Below are positions 17,236 to 26,249 of a stretch of DNA of 30,952 bases, piece after piece. How positions within the stretch are numbered: the stretch's first letter is position 1; the number at the start of each line of letters is the position of its first letter. The notes beneath the pieces are model-generated. The model had not been told where the DNA came from and did no database searches. It saw only the letters and a list, made by a program, of their open reading frames with translations. The stretch lies in UHGV virus genome UHGV-0110025; one strand, 5' to 3'. The DNA comes from a virus. The translations under genes were made by a program, and so were the position numbers.

Positions 17236-17719
17236 TACTCACCAGAATATCGCCGCGTTTCTGGACATGCTGGCCTATTCCGAAGGGACGGCGATGCATC
17301 CGCTGACGAAAAATCGTGGTTACGACGTCATTGTCACTGGCATTGATGGCAAGCCGGAAATTTTCACCGACTACACCGACCACCCTTTCGCACATGGCAG
17401 ACCAGCGAAAGTGTTTAATCGACGCGGCGAAAAATCCACGGCATCAGGGCGTTACCAGCAGCTTTATCTCTACTGGCCGCACTATCAGAAACAGCTCGCA
17501 TTGCCTGATTTCAGCCCGTTGTCGCAGGACAAACTTGCGATTCAGTTAATCCGGGAGCGCGGTGCCATTGAGGATATTAAAGCGGGGCGTATTGAGCGAG
17601 CAATTTCACGTTGCCGCAATATATGGGCGTCGCTGCCGGGTGCAGGTTACGGCCAGCGTGAGCACAGCCTCGACAAACTGGTCACTGTGTGGCGCACGGC
17701 TGGCGGGGTGATGGCATGA
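17222..17719 (+). CDS. K: Endolysin (P2 gpK / lambda R-like lytic transglycosylase)
   Basis: Start at ATG 17222 (MPVINTHQNIAAFLDMLAYSEGT...), overlapping the holin 3' end. Lysozyme-like sequence. Confidence 0.85.
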   Translation: MPVINTHQNIAAFLDMLAYSEGTAMHPLTKNRGYDVIVTGIDGKPEIFTDYTDHPFAHGRPAKVFNRRGEKSTASGRYQQLYLYWPHYQKQLALPDFSPLSQDKLAIQLIRERGAIEDIKAGRIERAISRCRNIWASLPGAGYGQREHSLDKLVTVWRTAGGVMA

Positions 17720-18129
17720 AAATCCTGATAACGCTGCTGGTGCTGGCCGTGCTCGGGCTGCTGTGGTTGCGCCATGAGAACGGCAATTTATCCCGCTCCT
17801 TTGAGACGGCAAACCGCGTCGCAAGCGAACAAAAGACGACGATTGGCATGCTGAAAAATCAGCTCAGTGTTGCCGGTCAGCTTGCCCGACGTAATGAATC
17901 CGCGCAGGTGGAACTGCGCGAACAGCTCGCAAAGGCCAGCGCAGAGGCCAGCCGCCGTGAGCAGACGATAACGAGGTTACTTAATGAAAATGAAGCCTTT
18001 CGCCGCTGGTATAACGCTGCTTTGCCTGATGTTGTGCGTCGGCTGCACACCCGCACCGCCTGCGCCAGTGCCGGTGATTGTGGTCAGCGGATGCCCGAGG
18101 GTGAGCCTTTGTCCGATGCCGGGAAGTGA
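17716..18129 (+). CDS. lysB: Inner-membrane spanin (LysB / Rz-like)
   Basis: Start at ATG 17716 (MKILITLLVLAVLGLLWL...): N-terminal TM anchor followed by a coiled-coil-like periplasmic region. Confidence 0.7.
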   Translation: MKILITLLVLAVLGLLWLRHENGNLSRSFETANRVASEQKTTIGMLKNQLSVAGQLARRNESAQVELREQLAKASAEASRREQTITRLLNENEAFRRWYNAALPDVVRRLHTRTACASAGDCGQRMPEGEPLSDAGK

Positions 18130-18274
18130 CCCGAAAACCAATGGTGACCTGAGCGCAGATATCCGCCGTCTTGAGGGCGCGCTGACCGCCTGCGCGCTGC
18201 AGGTTAAAACCGTCAAACACTGTCAGGATGAACTCGATGCAGAAGCACAAAAGCCTGCGCAAAGCGCTGATTAA
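17984..18274 (+). CDS. lysC: Outer-membrane lipoprotein spanin (LysC / Rz1-like), overlapping lysB in another frame
   Basis: ORF begins inside lysB in a different frame and extends past its stop. N-terminus MKMKPFAAGITLLCLMLCVGC has signal-peptide and lipobox-like features; mature part is Pro-rich. The LCVGC lipobox is non-canonical. Confidence 0.5.
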   Translation: MKMKPFAAGITLLCLMLCVGCTPAPPAPVPVIVVSGCPRVSLCPMPGSDPKTNGDLSADIRRLEGALTACALQVKTVKHCQDELDAEAQKPAQSAD

Positions 18275-18704
18275 CGCCGTGCCGCAGCTCCGAAATAATC
18301 CCGATATGCTGCGCCTTTTTGCCGACAACGGCCATACCGATTCCCGACTGGCGAGCTCGCTGTCGTTTGAAAAGGTGTACGTGCTTAACGTGGTGGTTAC
18401 CGACTTCACCGGTGACCTTGATTTGATATTCGTGCCGGTGCAGGCGTGGCTGCGTGAACATCAGCCGGACATTATGACCACCGACGACGGGCGGGAAAAA
18501 AGATTCACCTGGATTATTGATATCAATAACGACGATTCGCTCGATATCAGTATCAGCCTGAGGCTCACCGAGCGCACGCTCGTCAAAGAGGTCGACGGCG
18601 CGCTGCACGTCAGCTATGCCCCTGAGCCGCCACTGCCTGAGCCGGTGACGCGCCCGGTCGAGCTGTACGTTAACGGCGAACTGGTGAGTAAGTGGGATGA
18701 GTGA
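18237..18704 (+). CDS. R: Tail completion protein R (P2 gpR family)
   Basis: Start at ATG 18237 (MQKHKSLRKAL...) with AGGA 8 nt upstream; the six-frame ORF begins at 18228. Confidence 0.8.
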   Translation: MQKHKSLRKALINAVPQLRNNPDMLRLFADNGHTDSRLASSLSFEKVYVLNVVVTDFTGDLDLIFVPVQAWLREHQPDIMTTDDGREKRFTWIIDINNDDSLDISISLRLTERTLVKEVDGALHVSYAPEPPLPEPVTRPVELYVNGELVSKWDE

Positions 18705-19143
18705 ATTAACCGCGCTGCAGGAACGCCTTGCCGGTCTGATTGCCAGCCTGTCACCGGCGGCACGTCGGCAAATGGCGGCTGAGATTGCGAAAAAGCTGCG
18801 TACCAGTCAGCAACAGCGTATCAAGCGCCAGCAGGCACCCGACGGCACCCCGTATGCGGCACGAAAGCGCCAGCCGGTGCGGAGCAAGAAAGGTCGGATT
18901 AAACGTGAAATGTTCGCCAAACTGCGCACCAGTCGCTTTATGAAAGCCAAAGGCAGCGACAGTGCGGCGGTGGTGGAGTTTACCGGCAAGGTGCAGCGCA
19001 TGGCGCGGGTTCATCAGTACGGCCTCAAAGACCGGCCAAACCGTAACAGCCGGGATGTGCAGTACGAGGCGCGCCCGTTGCTCGGTTTCAATAGTATAGA
19101 TATGAGAATTATTGAGCGGTTAATAATTGGGGCTTTGGATTAA
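18697..19143 (+). CDS. S: Tail completion / virion morphogenesis protein S (P2 gpS family)
   Basis: 148-aa ORF overlapping the R stop, last gene of the capsid-lysis late operon. Confidence 0.8.
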   Translation: MSELTALQERLAGLIASLSPAARRQMAAEIAKKLRTSQQQRIKRQQAPDGTPYAARKRQPVRSKKGRIKREMFAKLRTSRFMKAKGSDSAAVVEFTGKVQRMARVHQYGLKDRPNRNSRDVQYEARPLLGFNSIDMRIIERLIIGALD

Positions 19144-19171
19144 TTATGATCTAATATATTATTTTGTGATG

Positions 19172-19200
19172 AGGCTGGATAAACACCAGCCTTGATTTTA
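19172..19200 (+). terminator. Rho-independent terminator after gene S
   Basis: Perfect 7-bp stem AGGCTGG / CCAGCCT with a 7-nt loop (19172-19192) followed by TGATTTTAT. Sits between the convergent S and HIT-like gene 3' ends. Confidence 0.45.
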
Positions 19201-19842
19201 TAGTTTGAAATCTGCGTAATTATCAATAACCTCTAGAACACCGCTGATATTGTTATCTCTGCGCCAATTCCAATTGCCATGTATCAAATTTGCATTAGAA
19301 TAAAGATATCTAAGGAACTGAGATGGTAAGAGTGGTTTGTTGCATAAAAATTCATCATAACTATTACTCATATACCACACATATCCATTTTTAATGTCAA
19401 AACTTAAATTCTCACCTTCAATTTTCTTAAAGTTAATTTCTTTATTTAGAGCATTTTCAAACTCTTGTGTATAATAAACACAGTGTATATGAGCGTGAGA
19501 AATGCACCCTCCTGAACGATCTATATTTTCACCTGCTCCGCTTTCAAAGAAAATTAGAGATCTACCAGATTGGTGGATTATAAATTCATTAAGTTCTCGC
19601 AGAATCTCCTTGCCATTACTCCGGGTATCTCGATCAAGAGCAGCAAAGGAGTTGATATGCCGCTTAGGAATCAGCATCACATGCGAATTATTTAGCGGGC
19701 CAATACTAGGTACAATTAGAAAATCATTTGTTTCTGCAATGATATTTTTCTTGTCATTTACGATTTCATCGTATCCTTTGATAAGGCTAATGCCATTTAT
19801 TTCATCGCATATTCCACAGAACGAATTACAAGAATTATTCAC
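19198..19842 (-). CDS. HIT (histidine-triad) superfamily nucleotide hydrolase/transferase-like protein with C-terminal extension
   Basis: N-terminal CNSFCGIC, then FLIVPSIGPLNNSHVMLIPKRHI and the histidine triad SGGCISHAHIHCV, matching the Hint/HIT pattern (C-x-F-C ... H-x-L-V-I-P-K-x-H-I ... H-x-H-x-H). About 90 aa follow the triad. Apparent GTG start; AT-rich island. Confidence 0.75.
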   Translation of the reverse strand: MNNSCNSFCGICDEINGISLIKGYDEIVNDKKNIIAETNDFLIVPSIGPLNNSHVMLIPKRHINSFAALDRDTRSNGKEILRELNEFIIHQSGRSLIFFESGAGENIDRSGGCISHAHIHCVYYTQEFENALNKEINFKKIEGENLSFDIKNGYVWYMSNSYDEFLCNKPLLPSQFLRYLYSNANLIHGNWNWRRDNNISGVLEVIDNYADFKL

Positions 19843-20356
19843 GTTTATTGTCTCCTGGTTTTTTAGGGAGCAATTTTTCAGCCCAAGATGCGAGTCGGCT
19901 TAGAACTAAGTCTGAAAAATATCCTAATATAAAACAAATCGAGAATGCAATTTTGGTCTTACCATGCCCTTTAATGGAGGATACAAACGTATCCGGAGAT
20001 AATATCGTATAAGAACAAAAAGCCACTAAAGCAGCTAAGAACGGAATAAAAATCCTCCAGTAGAACTTATGGGATTCCCAAGGAAAATTATACTGATTGT
20101 TTTTCCCTCTAGCAGTTACTCTATAAAACCATTTTGCATTATACACCCACCCTCCAAAAAAACCGCCAAGAATAGAAAACAAAGATATTTTATTATTATA
20201 TGACAGCTCAAAAACAAATTGGAAAAGAAAGGCGAGAATGCAACCTATTACAAAAAGAACTATTAAATAAGCAAATTCGAATTTTATTTGTTCACAATCG
20301 TTATTAAAATAAGGCACAACCTCATCATCGCCTAAGGTTTTTTTTCTTTCAGTCAT
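19835..20356 (-). CDS. Multi-pass membrane protein, upstream partner of the HIT-like gene
   Basis: About four hydrophobic helices (FAYLIVLFVIGCILAFLFQFVF, ISLFSILGGFFGGWVY, IFIPFLAALVAFCSYTIL, IAFSICFILGYFSDLVL). Its stop overlaps the HIT-like start by 8 nt. Start taken at ATG 20356 (SD GAAGGTG 8 nt upstream); the six-frame ORF extends to 20407 (TTG), with another ATG at 20401. Confidence 0.6.
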   Translation of the reverse strand: MTERKKTLGDDEVVPYFNNDCEQIKFEFAYLIVLFVIGCILAFLFQFVFELSYNNKISLFSILGGFFGGWVYNAKWFYRVTARGKNNQYNFPWESHKFYWRIFIPFLAALVAFCSYTILSPDTFVSSIKGHGKTKIAFSICFILGYFSDLVLSRLASWAEKLLPKKPGDNKRE

Positions 20357-20532
20357 TTGCCAAACACCTTCATTTTTTACTGTGAGCCAGGGTAATTGCA
20401 TATTCAACTTGGCTATTCTAATTAATTCTCACAAGATTTCATAGATGTTGAGTAGACCTCTCAGAAGTTGTTTCATTCCTCACAGAATCCATCTCGATTG
20501 CCACTAATCTTGCCGGGCGTCATCCTTCCCAT

Positions 20533-21168
20533 ATGAAAAATCTAAATTCTTTGCAAGAAATCGCACGCGCGATCCGAAATCTCATCCGTACCGGCATCGT
20601 TAGCGACGTAGACCTCAAGGAGGGGCTATGTCGTATCCAGACCGGGGGGATGCAAACCACTTGGCTGAACTGGCTGACCACCCGAGCCGGTCGTTCGCGG
20701 ACGTGGTGGGCTCCCTCGGTCGGTGAGCAGGTTCTGCTGCTGGCAATCGGTGGCGAGCTTGATACCGCTTTCGTGCTGCCGGGTATTTTCTCCGACGATA
20801 ACCCCGCCCCGTCTGCCTCGGCGGATGCGTGGCATGTGGCTTTCCCTGATGGTGCGGTCATTGAGTACGAGCCCGAAACCGGCGCGCTGACGGTCAGCGG
20901 CATAAAAACGGCCGACGTGACGGCATCGGAGTCCATCACCGCAACCGTACCGCTGGTACTGGTGAAAGCCTCGACCAGTATCACCCTCGACACCCCGGAG
21001 GTGATTTGCACCAATAAGCTAACGACGGCGACGCTTGAGGTGCAGAAAGGCGGCAAGATGAGCGGCAATATCGAACATACCGGCGGGTCACTGTCGTCTA
21101 ATGGCAAGGTACTCCACACCCATAAACACCCGGGCGACAGCGGCGGGCAAACGGGGGCACCGTTATGA
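20533..21168 (+). CDS. V: Baseplate assembly protein V / spike (P2 gpV family)
   Basis: 211-aa ORF, first gene of the baseplate/fibre operon, with a Gly-rich C-terminus (HTHKHPGDSGGQTGAP). Confidence 0.85.
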   Translation: MKNLNSLQEIARAIRNLIRTGIVSDVDLKEGLCRIQTGGMQTTWLNWLTTRAGRSRTWWAPSVGEQVLLLAIGGELDTAFVLPGIFSDDNPAPSASADAWHVAFPDGAVIEYEPETGALTVSGIKTADVTASESITATVPLVLVKASTSITLDTPEVICTNKLTTATLEVQKGGKMSGNIEHTGGSLSSNGKVLHTHKHPGDSGGQTGAPL

Positions 21169-21512
21169 CGGCGCGCTATCAGGGGATGAACCGAAATACC
21201 GGCCTTGGCATCAGCGATACCGAGCATATCAGCCAGAGCATGCGCGATATTCTGCTGACGCCGGTCGGCTCGCGGGTGATGCGTCGTGAATATGGCTCGC
21301 TTCTGTCGGCGCTGATTGATATGCCGCAAAACCCGGCGCTCAGGCTGCAAATTATGGTGGCGTGCTATTCGGCTATCCAGAAGTGGGAGCCGCGCATCAG
21401 GCTTACATCCATCAGCTTTGAGGCCGGCGACGCTGGCGAGATGTATGTCGATATTACCGGGATGCGTACCGATACCGGTGCGTCAGTTTCAACCACTGTT
21501 TCACTGAGTTAA
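21165..21512 (+). CDS. W: Baseplate protein W (P2 gpW family)
   Basis: 115-aa ORF overlapping the V stop, in the conserved position. Confidence 0.85.
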   Translation: MTARYQGMNRNTGLGISDTEHISQSMRDILLTPVGSRVMRREYGSLLSALIDMPQNPALRLQIMVACYSAIQKWEPRIRLTSISFEAGDAGEMYVDITGMRTDTGASVSTTVSLS

Positions 21513-21518
21513 ATAACT

Positions 21519-22427
21519 ATGCCAACCGTTGACCTGAGTCAGTTACCCGTTCCCGATGTGGTTGAGGAACTGGACTATGAAACCATCCTTGCGGAACGCA
21601 AAGCGACGCTGATATCGCTCTATCCAGAAGACCAGCAGGAGGCCATTGCCCGGACGCTCACACTTGAGTCAGAGCCGGTTGTTAAGCTGCTGCAGGAAAA
21701 CGCCTACCGTGAAGTTATCTGGCGTCAGCGGGTGAACGAAGCCGCGCAGGCGGTGACGCTGGCCTACTCCGCCGGTAACGACCTCGACGTCGTAGCCGGG
21801 AACAATAATACCGAACGCCTGACCATCACCCCGGCGGATGATATCACCATCCCGCCGATACCTGCCGTTATGGAATCTGATACCGACCTGCGACTGCGCA
21901 CGCAACAGGCGTTTGAGGGATTGAGCGTGGCGGGTCCGGTCGGTGCATATGAGTATCACGGTCGCAGCGCCGACGGGCGGGTCGCTGACGTTTCGGTCGC
22001 CAGCCCGTCGCCAGCCTGCGTGACGATTACCGTGCTATCGCGTGAGGGTGACGGCACTGCCAGCCCTGAGCTACTGGCGATTGTTGATAAAGCGCTGAAC
22101 GCCGAAGATGTGCGCCCGGTGGCTGACCGGGTGACCGTCCAGTCAGCCGAGATTGTACCGTACCAGATTGACGCGACGATCTACGTTTACCCCGGCCCCG
22201 AATCTGAACCCATCAGGCAGGCGTCAGAGCAGAAGCTGCAGAGCTACATCAGCGCGCAGCACCGCCTCGGGCGTGATATCCGTCTGTCAGCCATTTATGC
22301 GGCGCTGCATGTTGAGGGGGTGCAGCGTGTCGAGCTGACATCACCGCAGGCCGACATAGTGCTGAGTAAGTCGCAGGCGTCGAACTGTACCGAGTACCAG
22401 ATAACTATCGGGGGCTCGGATGAATGA
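21519..22427 (+). CDS. J: Baseplate protein J (P2 gpJ family)
   Basis: 302-aa ORF following W, in the conserved position and size. Confidence 0.9.
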   Translation: MPTVDLSQLPVPDVVEELDYETILAERKATLISLYPEDQQEAIARTLTLESEPVVKLLQENAYREVIWRQRVNEAAQAVTLAYSAGNDLDVVAGNNNTERLTITPADDITIPPIPAVMESDTDLRLRTQQAFEGLSVAGPVGAYEYHGRSADGRVADVSVASPSPACVTITVLSREGDGTASPELLAIVDKALNAEDVRPVADRVTVQSAEIVPYQIDATIYVYPGPESEPIRQASEQKLQSYISAQHRLGRDIRLSAIYAALHVEGVQRVELTSPQADIVLSKSQASNCTEYQITIGGSDE

Positions 22428-23028
22428 CCGGCTATTACCCGTTGGCTCGTCGCCGCTGGAGGTCGCCGCCGCCGCTGCGTTCTCTGAGATTCAGCGCGTG
22501 CCGGTACCGCTACGCACCCTGTGGAACTGGCGCACCTGCCCGGTAAAGCTGCTGCCGTATCTGGCGTGGGCGCTGTCGGTCGACAGGTGGGATGAGAAAT
22601 GGCCGGAGGCGACAAAGCGCAGCGTCTGCGCGTCCTCGTTTTTCGTCCATCAGCACAAAGGCACCATCAGCGCATTGCGTCGGGTCGTCGAGCCGCTCGG
22701 CTTTCTGATTGAGGTGCGCGAGTGGTGGCAACTCGACGAGGAGCCAGGCACATTCCGCCTCGTTGTTGGCGTCCTCGACAGCGGCATCACTGACGAAATG
22801 TATCAGGAGCTTGAGCGCCTGATTGAAGACGCCAAACCGGCAAGTCGCCACCTGACCGGGCTGGCTATCAGTCTGAGCTCGACCGGCGAACTGTATGTCG
22901 GCGCGGGATGCTATCACGGCGACGCACTGACTGTTTACCCCTACACCCCCGAGGAGATTGTCGTCGGCGGTGAATATTACCCGGCCTCGGCCATCCATTT
23001 GATTGATAACCTGAGAGTAAACGCATGA
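22420..23028 (+). CDS. I: Tail/baseplate protein I (P2 gpI family)
   Basis: 202-aa ORF overlapping the J stop, preceding the tail fibre gene. Confidence 0.85.
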   Translation: MNDRLLPVGSSPLEVAAAAAFSEIQRVPVPLRTLWNWRTCPVKLLPYLAWALSVDRWDEKWPEATKRSVCASSFFVHQHKGTISALRRVVEPLGFLIEVREWWQLDEEPGTFRLVVGVLDSGITDEMYQELERLIEDAKPASRHLTGLAISLSSTGELYVGAGCYHGDALTVYPYTPEEIVVGGEYYPASAIHLIDNLRVNA

Positions 23029-23990
23029 CCGCAAAATATTTTGCCATTCTGACCAATCAGGGCGCGGCGCGGCTGGCGAACGCGGCGGCACTCGGTACCA
23101 AACTCAACCTGACGCAGATGGCCGTCGGTGATGCGAATGGTACGTTGCCGACCCCTGACCCGGCGCAGACGAAGCTCATTAACCAGAAACGCATCGCGCC
23201 GCTGAACCTGCTGACCGTTGACCCGGCCAATACCAGTCAGATTATCGCGGAACAGATTATTCCCGAGAATGAAGGTGGTTTCTGGATCCGCGAGATTGGT
23301 CTCTATGACGATGATGGTATTCTGATTGCCGTGGCGAACTGTCCGGAGACCTACAAGCCACAACTGCAGGAGGGAAGCGGTCGCACGCAGACCATTCGCA
23401 TGATTCTGATTGTGTCGAGCACATCGGCAATCACCCTGAAAATCGACCCGGCAGTCGTGCTGGCAACGCGCCAGTATGTCGACGATAAGGTTATCGAGGT
23501 GAAAGCTTATGCTGATGACCTGATGAAAAAGCATGTTGAAGCCGTAAATCCGCATAAGCAGTACCCGCTGATTGCCAACGCGCTTAAAGAAATGGTTGAT
23601 GCCGGACTGGTTGATGAGATTTTTGCAAATTTAGGGTTGGGAACAGCCGCAAAAAAAGACATTGGTACGGGGGCTAATCAGATTCCAGATATGAATAGCT
23701 TCAATGGGAGTCTTGGTACAAATGGTTACTCGAAACTGCCAAATGGGCTAATTTTTCAATGGGGATGGTTTAGTATGAAATCCACATCAGGTGCGGTTGG
23801 GACAAGCACAGTTACGCTTCCAATTGCATTCCCTGTAGCATTTTTAACGCTTACAGCTTTGTTTAGTACACAGGATCCATCAACGCGTTCAGTTGGCTTT
23901 AATACAGCACTATCGGGGAAAACAGCAATTAACTTTACATATGTTTCACCAACTGACAATTCTATTTTTTGGTTTGCGGTGGGGTGCTGA
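23025..23990 (+). CDS. H: Tail fibre protein (P2 gpH-like conserved N-terminus, short divergent C-terminal tip)
   Basis: N-terminus MTAKYFAILTNQGAARLANA... resembles gpH. At 321 aa it is much shorter than P2 H, and the last ~130 codons drop sharply in GC. Confidence 0.8.
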   Translation: MTAKYFAILTNQGAARLANAAALGTKLNLTQMAVGDANGTLPTPDPAQTKLINQKRIAPLNLLTVDPANTSQIIAEQIIPENEGGFWIREIGLYDDDGILIAVANCPETYKPQLQEGSGRTQTIRMILIVSSTSAITLKIDPAVVLATRQYVDDKVIEVKAYADDLMKKHVEAVNPHKQYPLIANALKEMVDAGLVDEIFANLGLGTAAKKDIGTGANQIPDMNSFNGSLGTNGYSKLPNGLIFQWGWFSMKSTSGAVGTSTVTLPIAFPVAFLTLTALFSTQDPSTRSVGFNTALSGKTAINFTYVSPTDNSIFWFAVGC

Positions 23991-23991
23991 G

Positions 23992-24405
23992 ATGGAAAAA
24001 ATATACTACTTTGACCCTGCAAGTCCTGGTTTCTACATCTCACCTGATAGCCCGTTAATTCCTGAAGGTTCTGTAGAAATTAGAGTCGAACAATATATGC
24101 AATATGCCGGGATTGCGTGGCCGGAAAATAAAGTATTGGGTGCTGATTCTTCGGGGCTACCTGCATGGCTGGATGCGCCACCGAAGACAAAACAAGAGAT
24201 GATTGACGAGGCAAAAGGTCGCCGGGTAAATCTGATTACCGAGGCTAAAGACGCCATTAGCCTGTGGCAGACCGAGCTGCAACTCGGCATCGTCAGCGAC
24301 GATGACAAGGCCAACCTGATTGCATGGATGAAATACATTCAGGCGCTGAACGCGGTCGACACCTCAACAGCACCGGATATCGAGTGGCCGGTAAAACCGG
24401 AATAA
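23992..24405 (+). CDS. G: Tail fibre assembly chaperone (P2 gpG / Tfa family)
   Basis: Start ATG 23992 immediately after the H stop (MEKIYYFDPASPGFY...). 137 aa. The 5' part shares the low GC of the H tip. Confidence 0.75.
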   Translation: MEKIYYFDPASPGFYISPDSPLIPEGSVEIRVEQYMQYAGIAWPENKVLGADSSGLPAWLDAPPKTKQEMIDEAKGRRVNLITEAKDAISLWQTELQLGIVSDDDKANLIAWMKYIQALNAVDTSTAPDIEWPVKPE

Positions 24406-24410
24406 CGCAA

Positions 24411-24436
24411 GGCGGGCTGATGCCCGTCTTTTTTAT
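24411..24436 (+). terminator. Rho-independent terminator after the tail fibre operon
   Basis: GGCGGGC-tgat-GCCCGTC hairpin (7 bp with one G-U pair) followed by TTTTTTAT, 6 nt after the G stop. Confidence 0.5.
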
Positions 24437-24536
24437 GATTTGTTTATGTGCCATCCCCTACCCATCGCCGATAAATAGCCCCTCAACAGACCAGCCAGGA
24501 CAATAACACTTGCCCACTAACCACGGAGTTAACCGG

Positions 24537-25715
24537 ATGAGTGATTTTCACCACGGCGTGCAGGTGCTTGAGATTAACGACGGCACCCGCGTCATTTCCA
24601 CTGTTGCAACCGCAATCGTCGGCATGGTCTGTACAGCCAGCGATGCGGATGCGGCAACCTTTCCCCTCAACGAGCCGGTACTGATTACCAATGTGCAAAG
24701 CGCCATTGCGAAAGCCGGTAAAAAAGGCACTCTGGCCGCGTCCCTGCAGGCCATCGCCGACCAGTCAAAACCTGTCACAGTTGTCGTGCGTGTTGCCGAA
24801 GGTACCGGAGAAGACGCCGAAGCGCAGACCATTTCCAATATCATCGGCGGCACGGATGAGAACGGTAAATATACCGGCATCAAGGCGCTGTTGACTGCCG
24901 AAGCAGTCACCGGCGTTAAGCCGCGCATTCTCGGCGTGCCGGGTCTCGATACCAAAGAGGTCGCAGTCGCACTTGCTTCGGTCTGTATCAGCCTGCGCGC
25001 GTTTGGTTATGTCAGCGCATGGGGTTGTAAAACCATTTCCGAGGCGATGGTCTATCGCGAGAATTTCAGCCAGCGCGAGCTGATGGTCATCTGGCCTGAT
25101 TTCCTTGCATGGGATACCACCACAAACGCCACCGCACCGGCATACGCAACTGCGCGCGCACTCGGCCTGCGTGCCTATATCGACCAGACCGTCGGCTGGC
25201 ACAAAACCCTGTCTAACGTCGGCGTGCAGGGTGTCACCGGCATCAGTGCGTCAGTGTTTTGGGATTTGCAGGCATCCGGCACCGATGCTGATCTGCTCAA
25301 CGAGGCCGGGGTCACGACACTGGTGCGTAAGGATGGCTTCCGCTTTTGGGGTAACCGCACCTGCTCTGATGACCCGCTTTTCCTGTTTGAGAACTACACC
25401 CGCACCGCGCAGGTGCTGGCCGACACGATGGCCGAGGCGCACATGTGGGCGGTCGATAAGCCCATCACCGCATCACTTATCCGTGACATTGTCGACGGCA
25501 TTAACGCCAAATTCCGCGAGCTGAAATCAAACGGCTACATCGTGGACGGTGAATGCTGGTTCGACGAGGAATCGAACGATAAGGAAACCCTCAAGGCCGG
25601 GAAACTGTATATCGACTACGACTATACACCGGTTCCACCACTGGAAAGCCTAACCCTGCGCCAGCGTATCACCGATAAATATCTGGTGGATCTGGCCGAA
25701 TCGGTCAACAGCTAA
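24537..25715 (+). CDS. FI: Contractile tail sheath protein (P2 gpFI family)
   Basis: Start at ATG 24537 (MSDFHHGVQVLEINDGTRVISTVATAIVG...) with GGAG upstream; the six-frame ORF begins at 24510. Confidence 0.9.
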   Translation: MSDFHHGVQVLEINDGTRVISTVATAIVGMVCTASDADAATFPLNEPVLITNVQSAIAKAGKKGTLAASLQAIADQSKPVTVVVRVAEGTGEDAEAQTISNIIGGTDENGKYTGIKALLTAEAVTGVKPRILGVPGLDTKEVAVALASVCISLRAFGYVSAWGCKTISEAMVYRENFSQRELMVIWPDFLAWDTTTNATAPAYATARALGLRAYIDQTVGWHKTLSNVGVQGVTGISASVFWDLQASGTDADLLNEAGVTTLVRKDGFRFWGNRTCSDDPLFLFENYTRTAQVLADTMAEAHMWAVDKPITASLIRDIVDGINAKFRELKSNGYIVDGECWFDEESNDKETLKAGKLYIDYDYTPVPPLESLTLRQRITDKYLVDLAESVNS

Positions 25716-25730
25716 GGAGCCTGAAACAAC

Positions 25731-26249
25731 ATGGCACTACCCCGCAAACTTAAATATCTGAACATGTTCAATGACGGCCTTAGCTACATGGGCGTTGTGG
25801 AATCCGTGACGCTGCCGAAGCTGACCCGCAAGCTCGAAAACTATCGCGGCGGCGGCATGAATGGCGCGGCGGCGATTGACCTTGGTCTCGACGATGATGC
25901 GCTCACCGTCGAATGGTCTGTCGGTGGCCTGCCTGATGTGGCGCTGTGGGCGCAGTACGCCGCGCCGGGTGCTGACGCAGTGCCGTTGCGTTTTGCTGGC
26001 TCTTACCAACGTGACGACACTGGCGAAATCGTGGCGGTCGAGGTGGTCATGCGTGGCCGTCATAAAGAAATCGACGGCGGCGAGAATAAGCAGGGTGAAA
26101 ACACCTCGACCAAACTGTCGACCGTATGCACCTATTACCGCCTCACGATTGATGGTAGCGACGTCATCGAAATCGACACCGTCAACATGGTTGAGAAGGT
26201 GAACGGCGTCGACCGTCTGGAACAGCACCGCCGCGCAATCGGGCTGTAA
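25731..26249 (+). CDS. FII: Tail tube protein (P2 gpFII family)
   Basis: 172-aa ORF directly after the sheath gene, in the conserved position and size. Confidence 0.9.
   Translation: MALPRKLKYLNMFNDGLSYMGVVESVTLPKLTRKLENYRGGGMNGAAAIDLGLDDDALTVEWSVGGLPDVALWAQYAAPGADAVPLRFAGSYQRDDTGEIVAVEVVMRGRHKEIDGGENKQGENTSTKLSTVCTYYRLTIDGSDVIEIDTVNMVEKVNGVDRLEQHRRAIGL

Noticed and set aside
20408-20532. Ogr/B-type late-promoter activator site (TGT-N12-ACA) upstream of V, O and FI
   Set aside because: Only an off-spacing TGT-N10-ACA (gttgTTTCATTCCTCACAg) was found upstream of V and nothing canonical upstream of O or FI by eye; too weak to call without a matrix scan.
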